From contig NC_042999.1 in assembly GCF_006345805.1 (NCBI RefSeq), positions 13,454,001 through 13,518,000 of the forward strand: a DNA stretch of 64,000 nt. Reading direction: 5' to 3'. The stretch's first letter is position 1. Every line of letters begins with the position of its first letter. The DNA comes from Octopus sinensis (taxonomy: Eukaryota). This document shows positions 1-14,273 of this stretch, one piece after another. The notes below the pieces were generated by a model. It saw only the letters and a program-made list of their open reading frames with translations. It was not told the origin of the DNA and did not search any database. Made by a program: the position numbers and the translations under genes.

Positions 1-1569
1 ACATACAAACATACATACATACATACATACATACACGCAAATCAAGAAATAAATCTAGCGATGCAGATATTTCGGTTAGTTGAAAATCTCGTCTTAAGAT
101 AGCAGTGATCGCAATTTATTCGTAGTTTAGAATTATCTTGAATTTCTTATCAATAGTCTGCGGCATCTGGGTAGCAGAAGGTCAGGGGGAAAGGAATCGG
201 CTGTACTGCAATGGCTGTGTTGAGGTTAATTGCGAAGAACTTGGAGTAGAAACCGACTGTTCGCTTCCAATATTCGTCAGATAAAAGAAAACTTCAATGT
301 ATAGGCGCATGTGTGGCTACGTGGTAAGTTCGCCTCCCAGCCACATGGTTCTGGGTTCTATTCATGTTTGTCTACTGGTCCGTGTTTGTCTACTTCCCAA
401 CTGGTGATTGTTTGTATTTCTTCAACTTAACGATTCTGGAAGAAAAAAAAATGGAGGCCAAGGACATTAAAAAAATCCTAAGATTAATTTGTTTGACTAA
501 ACCATGCTTATGGTCTTCGGCGATCACAACCATCTCCCGAACGCTTATTTGTGAAGAGCTATTCACGCGCTGATGATTGTGAAATAAAAAATTAAAATAT
601 TTTGTGATTTGGAAAACTATGGGCAATTTATTGCTCCTAAGTTTGAACAAGAAATCTTATATATATATATGCGTGTGTGTTTGTCCCTCTAGCATTGCTT
701 GACAACCGATGCTGGTGTGTTTATGTCCCCGTCACCTAGCGGTTCCGCAAAAGAGACCGATAGAATAAGTACTGGGCTTACAAAGAATAAGTCCCGGGGT
801 CGAGTTGCTCGATTAAAGGCGGTGCTCCAGCATGGCCGCAGTCAAATGACTGAAACAATTAAAAGATATATGGACCCGAATGGGCCATATGGATCCCAGT
901 TGACAACCATTCGATTAAACATTCCAAGGCGCCGTCACCAGCATGACTGCAGTCCAAAGACTGGAACATGTAAAAGATAAAAGAACAGTTTTGGCAGCAG
1001 TGGTGGGGGTGCTGGCAGTGGTAGTGCTGGTGGTGGCATTATCAGTGTGTACACTTGTGTGTGAGCCTGATCGGTGTAAACAGTTAAACCCTAAAATAGT
1101 TCCAGAATTAGAAACACAATCAGTTGTATTCTGGTAACTATTTGAAGCTTTAATAATATATATATTTCTACAGCCATGCGTTCATGTTACAAATCTAGGA
1201 CGAGTAACATTGCCAAGACGTGTTTACCGGCACAAAATATGTGTGTGGGTGGCTCCACCATGGCAGAGCTACTCAAGTAGTCACAGTCACATGTCGATAC
1301 GAGTGTGTCTTCCAATTTATACATGGCTTTGTCTACGTGTGTTCGCACGTGTCGGTGAACTTACGAATGTATCTGTGTAATTAAATATAAATAAACGTTA
1401 TGACGTATAAATTTTGTGAAGACACTTTTTATGGATGTATCCGCTTGCTTTTAGACAAAAACATACGTACTTATATATATGACTTCAATGATACTACAAG
1501 CAGATACACCCATAAAGGATGTGTTTACATAACATATAAATACACATTCACAAACATACATACTTACGA

Positions 1570-1634
<65 letters not shown>

Positions 1635-1933
1635 CATACATACACTTTCGAAAGTTTATAAATTCTTATGACATCAACATATGAAAATATGAAATTATCT
1701 ATCATTATGTGTGTGTGTGTGAGTGTATAAGTGTGTGTTTGCGCGTATTTATCTACGGGTTTCGTTATTTTATCTTGTCCTTCATTCTCCTATGGTTGAC
1801 CATGCTCTTGGGGTCGTGGTTGATGGTGACTACATATATTAATATGGCTTGACTAACTTCATGTATAAACCTATTAGGTTTGAATAATACTTAGGGAATT
1901 CTAATTTTAGAAAGTTCTGTAGCATATGTATGT

Positions 1934-2230
1934 ATGTGTGACAACCTGGCCACTGGTGGTGGTGTAACACACAATACTAATCATATCTGTCGGGCATGTG
2001 GAAGAGAGTGTAATTCGGCAGGAGGACTTAAACGACATGCAAAGGTACATGAAGCCCAGTTACAACTACAGCCGTCTATTACCAGTAAAGGTCTTAGCTG
2101 CCAATTTTGTACAAGACATGTAGATCTTTAGCTGGGCTAAAAAGTCACATTCGATCACAGCACCAGTAACAGTTAAACTTCGTGCAATGGCCATACTCTA
2201 TAACGAGGGGGCAGCCATAATGTATGTATG
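1934..2230 (+). mobile_element. 3' fragment of an RTE-clade LINE with two C2H2 fingers
   Basis: HICRACGRECNSAGGLKRHAKVH, then across a 1-nt frameshift LSCQFCTRH/RSLAGLKSHIRSQH*. Short 3' UTR (GGCCATACTC...CGAGGGGGCAGCCAT) ending in (ATGT)n. RTE assignment is from the terminal CxxC...SH motif and UTR form. Confidence 0.7.
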
Positions 2231-2723
2231 TACGCACTTGAAACTAGCCCAGCATATGATCAAAATACTTAAATGTATATACAAATATAGAGTGGCACTA
2301 GCTGTATTATTTTGTCTTAGAGAAATATTTCAGAATTTAGTGTGTTAAAAAACACACTAAATTCTGTTTAATTGAGTGGTTCTCAACTGGGATCCATATG
2401 GCCCATGCGGGTCCACATAAGATTTCTTGTTCAAACTTATGCGCTCTTCAACAGAAAAGAACACGAGGAAATAAACAGAAAGAGAATAAAAAAAAAACTC
2501 TGGAGCTAGCGGTCAATCATGGAAGCTGGCTGCACAGAGGTATATATATATATATATATATAGGGGGAGAGTTCACGAAAAAAAAAAGACGAAGACAGGT
2601 GGCGTACAAAACAAACAGATGTATTAGTATAACGCTCATGAATTGAAAAGTGTTTTACGTTTCGAGCCTACGCTCTTCTACAGAAAAAACTGTGTGTAGT
2701 GGCTATCGATCTATCATGGCGAC

Positions 2724-2787
<64 letters not shown>

Positions 2788-3014
2788 TATTTAAAAGCAG
2801 CAGAAATATAACAAAAGCTGTACTACTCAGAGTCCTCCTCGTTCCAGTTCGGCGACCATTTAACAAAAGTGTCCGACGAACGGAACGTGAAGCTCTGAGT
2901 AACAGCTTTTGTTATATTTCTGCTGCTTTTCAATAAAGCATATTACTCTATCTCTGGTATTTGAGTACTCTTTTTTCCACCTTGTTTCACATTATGTGCT
3001 TACTTCGGTATATA

Positions 3015-3075
<61 letters not shown>

Positions 3076-3669
3076 CTATACATACTCGTAAAATGTATGT
3101 TATATGATATGTATATATGTATGTGTGTGTGTCTATATATGTGTGTGTGTGTGTGTGTGTGCGCGTATGTATATATTTATGTACATATAAGTACGTATAT
3201 GTATGTGTGTGTTTACATGTAAATAACAAAATATATATATAGTATATATGTAATATATATTATCTTTCTGTGGAAAAGCAAGCGGATACATCCATAAAAA
3301 GTGTCTTCACAAAATTTATACGTCATAACGTTTATTTATATATAATTACACAGATACATTCGTAAGTTCATAGACACGTGCGAACACACGTAGACAAGTC
3401 CATGTATAAATTGGAAGACACACTCGTATCGACATGTGACTGTGACTACTTGAGTAGCTCTGCCATGGTGGAGCCACCCACACGCATATTTTGTGCCGGT
3501 AAACACGTCTTGGCAATGTTACTCGTCCTAGATTTGTAACATGAACGCATGGCTGTAGTAATATATATAATGAAAGGTTCACACAGTTACCAGAATGTAA
3601 CTGATAGTGTTTCTAATTCTGGAACTATTTCAGGATTTAACTGTTTACGTAGATACTGGCACAAACATA

Positions 3670-3729
3670 CTTACTATCAATACTGCTGCTGCTGCTGCTA
3701 GTACTACAACTACTACTACCACTGCAACA

Positions 3730-3781
<52 letters not shown>

Positions 3782-4003
3782 TAATGATAATAATAATAAT
3801 AATAGTAATAATAATAATAATAACAACAACAACAACAACAAAAAAACAATAATAATAATAGCAATAATAATAATAATAACAACAACAAAAACAGCAATAT
3901 TAATAATAATAGTAATAGTAATACAAATAATAATAACAACAACAACAATAATAATAATAATGATAATAATAATAACAATAATAATAATAATAATAATAAT
4001 AAC

Positions 4004-4052
<49 letters not shown>

Positions 4053-4100
4053 GTAATAACGGTAACAACAACAACAACAGCAACAGCAGCGCAACAATGG
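3670..4100. repeat. Compound trinucleotide array (CTG/ACT/AAT/AAC/CAG)
   Basis: Direct reading; source of the poly-L, poly-I and poly-N pseudo-ORFs. Confidence 0.95.
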
Positions 4101-4585
4101 TGAGGGTTGCTTTTATTTGCCACAGGGGCATTCGATGAGGGGGACATTACGAGGACAGTTTGCAATTTGTGCAAGGTTTTACTTAAAAGGTGTGGTGGAG
4201 AAAAAAGGCGGGAAAGGATAAAAGTCAAAGTTGATCTCGGCTCAATTTCTGCGGCGTGGTAACAATGTTGCCTGCTTAGCAGGAAAGAAACGTGCCTTTA
4301 AGTAGTACAAAAACAACAAAAAATAGAAGGTGCAGTTATGTATAGGTTGACGGAAGAAAAGCAGGACAAAAACGATGCACGTTCCCACGGCTTTATCGAT
4401 CGCATTCTCACCTGGAATCGATTTTGTAATTTTTTCAAGACTTACACACGCCTTGATACCGCCGTATCTACATATCAAATTTGAGCGCAGTCGGATGGAG
4501 GATACCCGAGATCCTAGAAGACACACACAGACAGACAGAACGGATTGTATTAATATATATATACATTATATATATATTATATATA

Positions 4586-4618
<33 letters not shown>

Positions 4619-4839
4619 CGAGGTGACTTTGCCTTTCATCTTTTCGGGGTCGATAAATTAAGTACCAGTTACGCACTGGGGTCGATATAATCGACTTAAT
4701 CCGTTTGTCTATCCTTGTTTTCCCCTCTGTGTTTAGCCCCCTGTGGGCAATAAAGAAATATATATATATATACACACATATTTATATATGATATAATGTG
4801 ATGTGATCACGTATATATCTAATATGTATATATATATAT

Positions 4840-4876
<37 letters not shown>

Positions 4877-5592
4877 GTGATATGATGCTATGTAAAATAT
4901 ATCTATATATATTACATACATATGTGTGTGTGAATATAGTGACAAATATTTTTTCAGTGCAACAAGAATGTATACCCCTGACAAAAGTCTTATATTAAAG
5001 TGTTCTATGTCGTTGGAACCGGTATTTATACATTAACATGTAATCGTATAAACGAAATTATTTATATGATTATATAACTCAAGCGCAGAATGCAATAAAC
5101 CAAAGCACAGATCCTTGAAACACATTATTAAACCAAGCTATGGAATATTACCAGAATAAATCTACTTCAACAGACACAACCGTATATTAATTGCTGGTAG
5201 GGACAATACATTTCGTTATGCAATCATAACACAGCGCCATATCAAAAGCCTGTAAGTCGATACTGTGGGACACAATATTCACTTACATGTCTTTGATATA
5301 TTTGATACTATGTTATGGTGTCCCTACCAGTTATTAATATGTACCAGTTGCCTGGGCTGTGTTTCATATCTAGCATGTGATAATGTATGTATACGAATAT
5401 GAATATATGTATATATTACATGATGGGACAGCACTCAACAGATATGGTGGTTCTACACCATTTACCATAAGGGAGAATATACATACATAATAACTACAGT
5501 GAATTTGCCTTTAGAATTTAAAATATGCCACAAACATTTTAACTAACCCAAGGTTCGCTTCTGCCTAAATACTGCTTGCGTGACTATCTAGG

Positions 5593-5674
<82 letters not shown>

Positions 5675-5766
5675 ATATAGATATATGTACATATTAGAAA
5701 AAAACACCTTTTATAAATTCAATAATGAAAAATCAAATTACATAGTAATTAAATAGTAAAAAAACG

Positions 5767-5839
<73 letters not shown>

Positions 5840-6415
5840 GGGTAAAATAAATTAATTAATAGATCAATTGATTAATTTAATAATTTTACCAAGTAGTCGG
5901 TATGTTAAAATAACCTTTTAAGGCAAATTATACAAATATTCTATAATTATATTCATAATTAGTGGAGGCACATGGCCTAGTGGTTTGAGCAACGGACTCG
6001 CAGTCGAGGGATCGCGGGTTCGAATCTCAGACCGAGCGAAACACCTAAACTCCACGCGCCTTCGCCACAACTCTCTCTTACTCTTTCCTCTTGCATCTTG
6101 CAGCTCACCTGCGACGGACTGGCGTCCCGTCTACGTGGGGAGCCTATATGCCAAGGAAACTGGGAAACCGGCCCTTATGAGCCAGGCGTGGCTCGTGAAG
6201 GAACAAACAAACAAACAATATATATAATTATAATCAGGGTCAGCTAACTGCTTCGCCACGATCTGAATTAGAAAATAGATGCTAACGCCTTTAAAAAGTG
6301 TGTTACTGTCTCGGAGATCTTTATGGTAGTAGAAAGGCATTAACGTCTATTTTCTAATTCGGTGCATGGCGAAGCAATTAGCTGACCTCTGATTATAATT
6401 ATAGTATATATATAT

Positions 6416-6446
<31 letters not shown>

Positions 6447-7203
6447 GGTGCGTTTAAAACTCTAGGATATCCGTTTTTCTCATGCCAGAATGAAACACAT
6501 TCATGGATACATACATCGTATGTATATATATATATATGTATGTATGTATATATATATATATATATGTATGTATACATACATAGATATATATATATATATA
6601 TATACATGTATGCACAAATACACATACAGAGGCACACACAACCTACTAACACACGTATACGCACATGTTTTATTTTTAAATTCTTTATCCGTTAAATCCT
6701 TCGATTCACAGGCTCTACTCTCAGGTGATAAACATACCAATACCCCGTGTGACCTCAATACCTGGAAAATATTTCTGACTATTTACTATTTATTACTTAT
6801 TTATATATTTACTTATTTATTTATCCAGTTATGTTCGCTTTTTCTTATCAAAACATGCATCCTCGCACATCCCCCTCAACACGATAGCGGAGATCCTCTT
6901 ACATAACCTGAGGTTAAAAGCTGCAGTATTATGATATTCTGGGCGGTCGTAAATCTATCCATCTGTTTAGAAAAATGATACCCAGATCATCACCACTAAA
7001 ACTACTGCCATTGCCAACGACCACCGTCAACAATCATCACCACCGCTACCATCTCTACCACCAGCCATCAAAATCATCACCGAAACAATTAACCACCGCC
7101 ACCAAAAACAATAGTTACCGTCACCACTCTTGTAGCACCAAGGCATCCTTATCAATTCTATCCTTTATTACAATGACCGATCACCTTACTCCATCCTTTA
7201 CTG

Positions 7204-7263
<60 letters not shown>

Positions 7264-7382
7264 TATTTTATCTGTGAATTTGCGCGTGTAATCTGGGAAA
7301 GCATACAATGCCCTTCTCTGCCCTAGATGTATGGAAAACACTCGGCGAGAAACGAAAGAAAATTTGAAGAAAGAAGGAAAAA

Positions 7383-7423
<41 letters not shown>

Positions 7424-8898
7424 TTGTTCTGATGCGGTACCAGGTAGTGGCTTTCATGTTATCATGTACATTGTTTTGTTTTGCCTTTCATCCTTTTGGG
7501 GTCGATTAAATATGTACCAGTTATGCACTGGGGGTCGATGTAATCGACTTAATCCGTTTGTCTGTCCTTGTTTGTCCCCTCTATGTTTAGCCCTTTGTGG
7601 GTGATAAAGAAATAAACGTTAGCATGCCGGCCAAAATACTTAGCAGTATTTCGTCTGTCTTTACGTTCTTAGTTCAAATTCCGCCGAGGTCGACTTTGCC
7701 TTTCATCCTTTCGGGGTCGATAAATTAAGTACCAGTTACGTACTGGGGTCGAGCTAATCGACTGGCCCCCTCCCCAAAAATGTCGTACCCTATGCCTAGA
7801 GTAGAAAAGAATATTCGACTTGTTCGTTTTCTAAATACTAAATTGTGAAGATTTCTGATTTCTGAATATAACACACTTGTCTTTTTAAACATAGAAAACA
7901 ATATTTTCTTCATATTCTGTACTTGGTTTAATTCTTTCGATGGAGTAGAGTCCCTGTATATGACACTGTATAGAGTTTAAAGTATTGCAGCATTAATGTG
8001 ACTGAGAAACTGCAACCAGTTCAACTTAAGTTTCAGTATAGGTGTAAGCACATTCGAACACTTAATAATAACCTACAAGCGCAGCATCCTGTCAAACTTC
8101 ATTGAAAAATTCGCCTCTGAATCCTAGCTGGGGGTGTCCCATCTTTATTATGGATTGCCTGTCTTAAAACACTATAGAAATGAATATTTCCTTAACGCAG
8201 AAATAAAAATTGGTCGTAGTAGGAACACGAGTGACACTTATGTTTCTCTAGGCAGAATTAATTTGACAGAAGTCATCCTTCTTCCAGTTAAATTCACAGA
8301 AAAGGGCGATATCAAATTAAAGAAATGGTCATCAATCTTACGGAAGTGAATTGCTGCTTCTACCTTGCGATATCTACTACAGATATGTCGCTTTAACAGA
8401 ATCTCGTGACTATAAACACAGGACAACTCCAAGTAAAGGACACAAATACCTGCTCCTTTTGCTAGAAATTCGACGTCTTTTTAACCGCCTATACGCAGTT
8501 GCATCCACGTATATGAACTCTACTGGAGTTGAAAAATTTGGTGTTAATTGAAACAAATTCATTACAGAAAGACAGTTAATACATAAAGTCTTATATCAAC
8601 CAGGAAAACAACAGAATAAACCATATTTTTCTGGAATCTGTTTTTTTTTTTTAATGTTTAGTCAAGGACAGAGGGGCAGCGCCTGTGACCCGTTCCAATG
8701 TTTTTGAGACTTAGGGTGGAGAGAGAAAATTATCTACAGGTCGGTAATCTGGTTCGAATAGTTGCAATAATCTGCCAAAGGTACCAAAAAGCTAGATGGG
8801 ATGATAAACCTATATATATATATATATCTATATATATATATATATATAGATATATATATATATGTAAATATAATATGTGACAATTATTCGCTAGCCTT

Positions 8899-8958
8899 GA
8901 TAAAACTCCGAGTTTCGGATGTCGGGCGGAAACCCACGTCACCATCTCTTCAGCTATC
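8899..8958 (-). ncRNA. Minimal type I hammerhead ribozyme motif
   Basis: gauag-CUGAAGA-GAUG..CAUC-c-GAA-ACUCGGAGU-U-uuauc. 5-bp stem I, canonical core, one extra C before GAAA. A second core lacking stem I lies on the + strand at 8976-9026. Confidence 0.65.
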
Positions 8959-9257
8959 CAGCCATCGAAAAAATGCTGAAGAGATGGCGACGTGGGTTTC
9001 CGTCCCGACATCCGAAACTCGGAGTTTTATCATGGCTACCGAATAATTGTCACATTTTACAGATAAATTCCTCTATTTACGTAATATCGAGGTCTCTTTC
9101 ATTCTTTTGTTGTTTTGCCATTTCTATGAATATATATATGTAGGTCCCGGGTTGAGTCGGGGTTAACCACAGTAAATAAGTACTCAATACATAGCAGAGT
9201 AAATTAATTTATTTTATAGAAGGAGCTTCTATAGGACTAGAACTGTTTCATTCAAAA

Positions 9258-9331
<74 letters not shown>

Positions 9332-9370
9332 CATATATATATTATATATATATATACATATATATATATA

Positions 9371-9754
9371 CTAGCAGTATCGCCCGGCGTTGCTCAGGTT
9401 TGTAAGGGAAATAACTATAAAGCATTTTTAGAGAGTTATAGCCAAAAAATAGCAAAAAAATGGGAAAAAAATGATGGTAAATTTTTTTTGAGAGTTAAAA
9501 AAGGTGGAGTTGCGTCCCCTAGACGGTCTGTGGTTTGGGTTTCTGATTCTCGACCCCATGTCGAATTTATCGATTTTTTTCAGAACTGGGGGAACTTTTC
9601 AAAATTTTCGCTGCGTTAGTTTTGAATTATGACATTGGGCTATGTGTGTGTCAATTTTCATCAGAATCGGTTGAAAGCCGTGGTCAGAGTGAGGGTACGA
9701 GAAAACAGACACACAGAAAACGCACAGACAAACTGCCGTTTATATAGAGAGAGA
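9371..9754 (-). mobile_element. Non-autonomous Helitron
   Basis: Minus strand starts TC(TC)nTATATAAA, ends CCTGAGCAACGCCGGGCGATACTGCTAG; inserted between A and T with no TSD. Confidence 0.85.
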
Positions 9755-9762
9755 TATACATA

Positions 9763-9814
<52 letters not shown>

Positions 9815-9858
9815 CATTATATTATATATATATACATTATATATATATATATAATATC

Positions 9859-9960
<102 letters not shown>

Positions 9961-10845
9961 CATATATATATATGGAAAAAAGACGAGATGATCGTGATTG
10001 GAATGTGTTGGATATTAGTTTTCGCAATCAAAATCAACTTAGGGCATAAAAACTAACAATAACTGATGATCAGCTTTTCGACCTTGGGAATATAAAGGGT
10101 AAAGACTATTTCAGTTAGATTTGAACTCAGGTAAAGCCTACTTCACTGAAATCAGAACGTAAAATGTACGTAATTGAATAAGTAATTAATTGTCTTGTCA
10201 CCAAGACTGCTCTTGATAACATCTGTCACCAAGACTGCTCTTGATAACATAAGCTGTGACAAAGATATCGTAATAAAAGTAATGAATGGATGCTTGAGCT
10301 GTTTTATGAAATGCCATCGAAAATTATGCACTATTATTTTTTCAAGATGAAAGGATGATATGAACTACAAAAGTACAAGCAATAACTGTACAGATACTAA
10401 GTCATTAATATGGTAGCTGCTGTGTGAGAGGATACAAATTTGTTGCATACTTGTCAACTGTTTTTTTATGTTTTTTCGATTCTGTTGCACGAAATGTTTG
10501 CTCTATTTTAACGTACTAATAACATATTAATTATGAAACCCTAAACTTTGGTAAGATGTTTTCCATTTGCATGTTCTTCTTGTTTGGCAACCAAATTTTC
10601 GGTGAATAGCTGAAGAGTTTCGAATGATATAAAATAAGAAAGCAGCAGGCAGCAAGTGAACAGTGTTCTTGCCTCGCTTTCGATTTTCAGGTGAGGCGAA
10701 TGAACATATGCCTCACTACAGAATCGTAAACCTTTCTCACCTGCGAACCGCATTAATGAGTGGACAGTGGGTTGGATTTAACAGAATCGACTACTCCATC
10801 CCCCTCAATTGCTGGCCTTGTGCGAAATAATGATACATTATTATA

Positions 10846-11008
10846 GGCGCAGGAGTGGCTGTGTGGTAAGTACGTTGCTAACCAATCACATGGTTTCGGG
10901 TTCAGTCCCACTGCGTGGCATCTTGGGCAAGTGTCTTCTGCTATAGCCCCGGGCCGACCAATGCCTTGTGAGTGGATTTGGTAGACGGAAACTGAAAGAA
11001 GCCTGTCG

Positions 11009-11057
<49 letters not shown>

Positions 11058-11266
11058 ATGTGTTTGTGTGTCTGTATTTGTCTCCCTAGCATTGCTTGAC
11101 AACCGATGCTGGTGTGTTTATGTCCCCGTCACTTAGCGGTTCGGCAAAAGAGACCGATAGAATAAGTACTGGGCTTACAAAGTATAAGTCCCGGTGTCGA
11201 TTTGCTCGACTAAAGGCGGTGCTCCAGCATGGCCGCAGTCAAGTGACTGAAACAAGTAAAAAAAAA
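10846..11266 (+). mobile_element. tRNA-derived SINE family A (representative full copy)
   Basis: GGCGCAGGAGTGGCTGTGTGGTAAG...GGGTTCAGTCCCACTGCGTGGCATCTTGGGCAAGTG (CORE-like), internal microsatellite, tail GACTGAAACAAGTAAAA. Other copies, approximate: 304-866(+, split), 18362-18785(-), 19364-19773(+), 26445-26812(+), 31122-31641(-), 49748-49925 and 50325-50478(-), 56062-56333(+), 56700-57182(-), 57975-58352(+). Confidence 0.9.
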
Positions 11267-12771
11267 ATTTTTTAATTAAGCATTGAAACATTGGGAATGA
11301 TCCATTTAAATACACCTAATTACACATTTCATCAAATCAACGGACAACGCGTGCTAAAACATCATTTTTACTTCATGAAGAATGCCAATTAATTATCAAA
11401 AACTCCATTTAATCAAATTCCATTTCAATCAGATCACATTTCGAACACATTAAAAAAACACAAAGAACTGAGTTGCTGGTGTGATATTTGGATGTTTCAC
11501 TGCGCTTAAAGTATTTTCTTTTGCAATCTTAACGAATAACAAAATTTGTTTAAAATTTTAAACATTTTTATTCAAAGAATTCATTAAAAAAATAAACAAA
11601 AATGAATTTTCTTTCTTTATTTTTGTAATATTTGTGATGATTTTAAATGGTTGAAACCGCTTTCTTTGGGTTCCATTTCGCATAGAGATCTTTAAATCGC
11701 ACCAACTACGGAAATTGAATAGTGAAAATTAAGTATGATAGAAAAAAAATACGATTACTTAATTTTAATGCAAAACATTCCATTAATTAACGTATAATTG
11801 GATGTTGTTTGTTGCTTGAAAGTACCTCAATATTTAATGCTACGTTTGTTGATTCAACTAGAAAGATATTTTCCTCTCATTTTTTTTTTCTAAATGGTCT
11901 TGAAAATAATTGCTTACACAGTTAAATCTGTCACACAATGATGTTATCGTTTCCAAAACATAACTAAGTTAGGATACCTCCCACATGAGTGAATGAACTT
12001 TTCTTTCTGAAATATTTCACACATCTTCTGAATTAAATTTCAATCTTAATATGATCAAAGAAGGTGAGTTGGCAGAATTGCCACCGCGCCGTGCAAAATG
12101 CTTAGCGGTATTTCGTCTGCCGTTACGTTCTGAGTTCAAATTCCGCCGAGGTCGACTTTGCCTTTCATCCTTTCGGGGTCGATAAATTAAGTACCAGTTA
12201 CGCACTGGTGTTGGTGTAATCGACTTAATCCGTTTGTCTGTCCTTGTTTGTTCCCTCTGTGTTTAGTCCCCTGTGGGTAGTAAAGAAATAGGCATTTCGT
12301 CCGTCTCTACGTTCTGAGTTCAATTTCCGTCGGAGTCGATAAAATAAGTATCAGTTGAACGCTTGGGACCGATGTAATCAACTACCCCATCCCCCTAAAT
12401 TGCTGGCCTTGTGGGAAAATCTGAAACGAATACAGTCATGACAGGAGCGCTAGTCTAACTTAATTTGAAAATAACATGATAGGACCCAACCGAGGCACAT
12501 TTCCCTTCTATACCTTTAGTAGAATCCACTCTGTGGCATGTCTCCACGCTTAGCCTTTCCATGGCGTATAAGGGATTGAAGTTACAACCTCCCCACCACT
12601 GAACGCGACCTCAGCCCTTTGCACGGTTTCAACATTTTCGGGAACTCATCTACAGCTGAATGGACAGGAATAACTTGAAATGTGTTTTGTTTAAGAATAC
12701 AACGTACTACACGGTCCCGAAATCGAAACCAGGATCTTACATACTTGAGTGCAACACCCTAACTACTAAAC

Positions 12772-12978
12772 CAGCGGTTCCCGACGTTTTTGCACTCGCG
12801 ACCCCTTACCCAAAGCCTTGAAATCCACGCGACCTCCTACTATGAGCAGAGCATGCAAAATGTAATTGATGAGTTGAAATTAAAAGTATCCCAAGCGACT
12901 TCTAGCAAGCATACGCGAACCCTCTGCCAGGGCATCGCGACCCCCCAGGGGTCGAGATCTACCGATTGGGAACCCCTG
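12772..12978. mobile_element. hAT-type MITE nested in a SINE head
   Basis: CAGCGGTTCCC...GGGAACCCCTG termini; 8-bp TSD TACTAAAC/TACTAGAC. Other hAT-like ends at about 868-915, 2374-2420 and 56436-56482. Confidence 0.8.
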
Positions 12979-13632
12979 TACTAGACCATGTGCCTTCAGA
13001 CAAGTCTTGGTGGCTCTGAAAAATATTATAGTTGCTGCTGTCTTTTTCCTGAATAAAATGAAAAGTGAATAAAAAAACCGCTTTGCGTAGAACCGAGCAT
13101 ACTTGAAACCTCTGGCACGAAAATAAAAAATTAATTATATCTCATTTGTACGAGAAAATGAGGACCGCGATATACGGAATGGTTGAGAAATAGACAGACT
13201 CAGAGACAGCCACCAAAACAGCCAGCGAGATTAGAAAGATGAGGGTTGTCTTAAAATAGAGAAAGATAAGAAAATAAGATATCGGGCAAAACACGGTTTA
13301 GATCTGTTTCAAATGGAATGTGAGTTGAAGCAGAAAAAAAAGCGACGTAGAATCTGTGGGAAAAAAATAATGGCAATTTCCAAACCAGGAGGAAGATATA
13401 GGTTAGTGCTGCACGTGGTTAATATCATAACAACTTCTATAACCAATTTGTTTTTCAAGAGAAAAACAAGGAAAAAAAAACAGAATAAAAACTAAACAAA
13501 AATACTGAATAAAGAGGAACTTATGGAATTTTTTGTTCGACTGATATGAAGATTTGGCTGTTTTGTCTAACAGAACAAACGACATACTATAGGCTGCTCC
13601 TTGGCTGGTTTGCTCTTGTGTGTGTTTCTGTG

Positions 13633-13698
<66 letters not shown>

Positions 13699-14015
13699 CG
13701 TTGCTATTATGTTAAATTGTCGTATGTCCAAATTTGGACAAATGCGTTTTTTCATTATTTATTTTTGCTTGAAATTGCCGGTTCGTTTGGTCAAACTATC
13801 GTATCTCCAGCTGCTTCAGATGTCAAGATATCGAAAGTTGTCAAAGTGTACTTAAACGGTTTTGCTATGGAATGGAGAAACATTTTTTTTTTCTCTGAAA
13901 AAATACAGTGTTTTGGACTTACGATACTTTTGCATAATAGCGATCATATACATATACATACATACATACATTCATACATACATATATATATTTATATATA
14001 TATATATACATACAT

Positions 14016-14062
<47 letters not shown>

Positions 14063-14125
14063 AATTAGAGAAAAACCACTATTATGTAATTCAAACTATG
14101 ATAGACATAAAACATATACTCCCTA

Positions 14126-14157
<32 letters not shown>

Positions 14158-14191
14158 TGAGAAATTCTGTGTGAGAGAGAGAGGACCCCCG

Positions 14192-14273
<82 letters not shown>

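Noticed and set aside
868-2420. Two hAT-like ends as a single transposon
   Set aside because: They face outward rather than inward and no TSD links them; treated as separate fragments.
5187-5340. Imperfect hairpin within a dispersed repeat
   Set aside because: The inverted repeat is real, but I could not find a ribozyme core, TIR/TSD or family assignment.
10197-10251. 27-bp direct duplication, and the 32515-32685 tandem units, as possible CRISPR-like arrays
   Set aside because: No unique spacers of regular length, no cas genes, and a eukaryotic context; ordinary slippage duplications.
10846-10920. tRNA-like A/B boxes at SINE heads
   Set aside because: They continue directly into SINE bodies and form no complete cloverleaf, so no tRNA gene is called.
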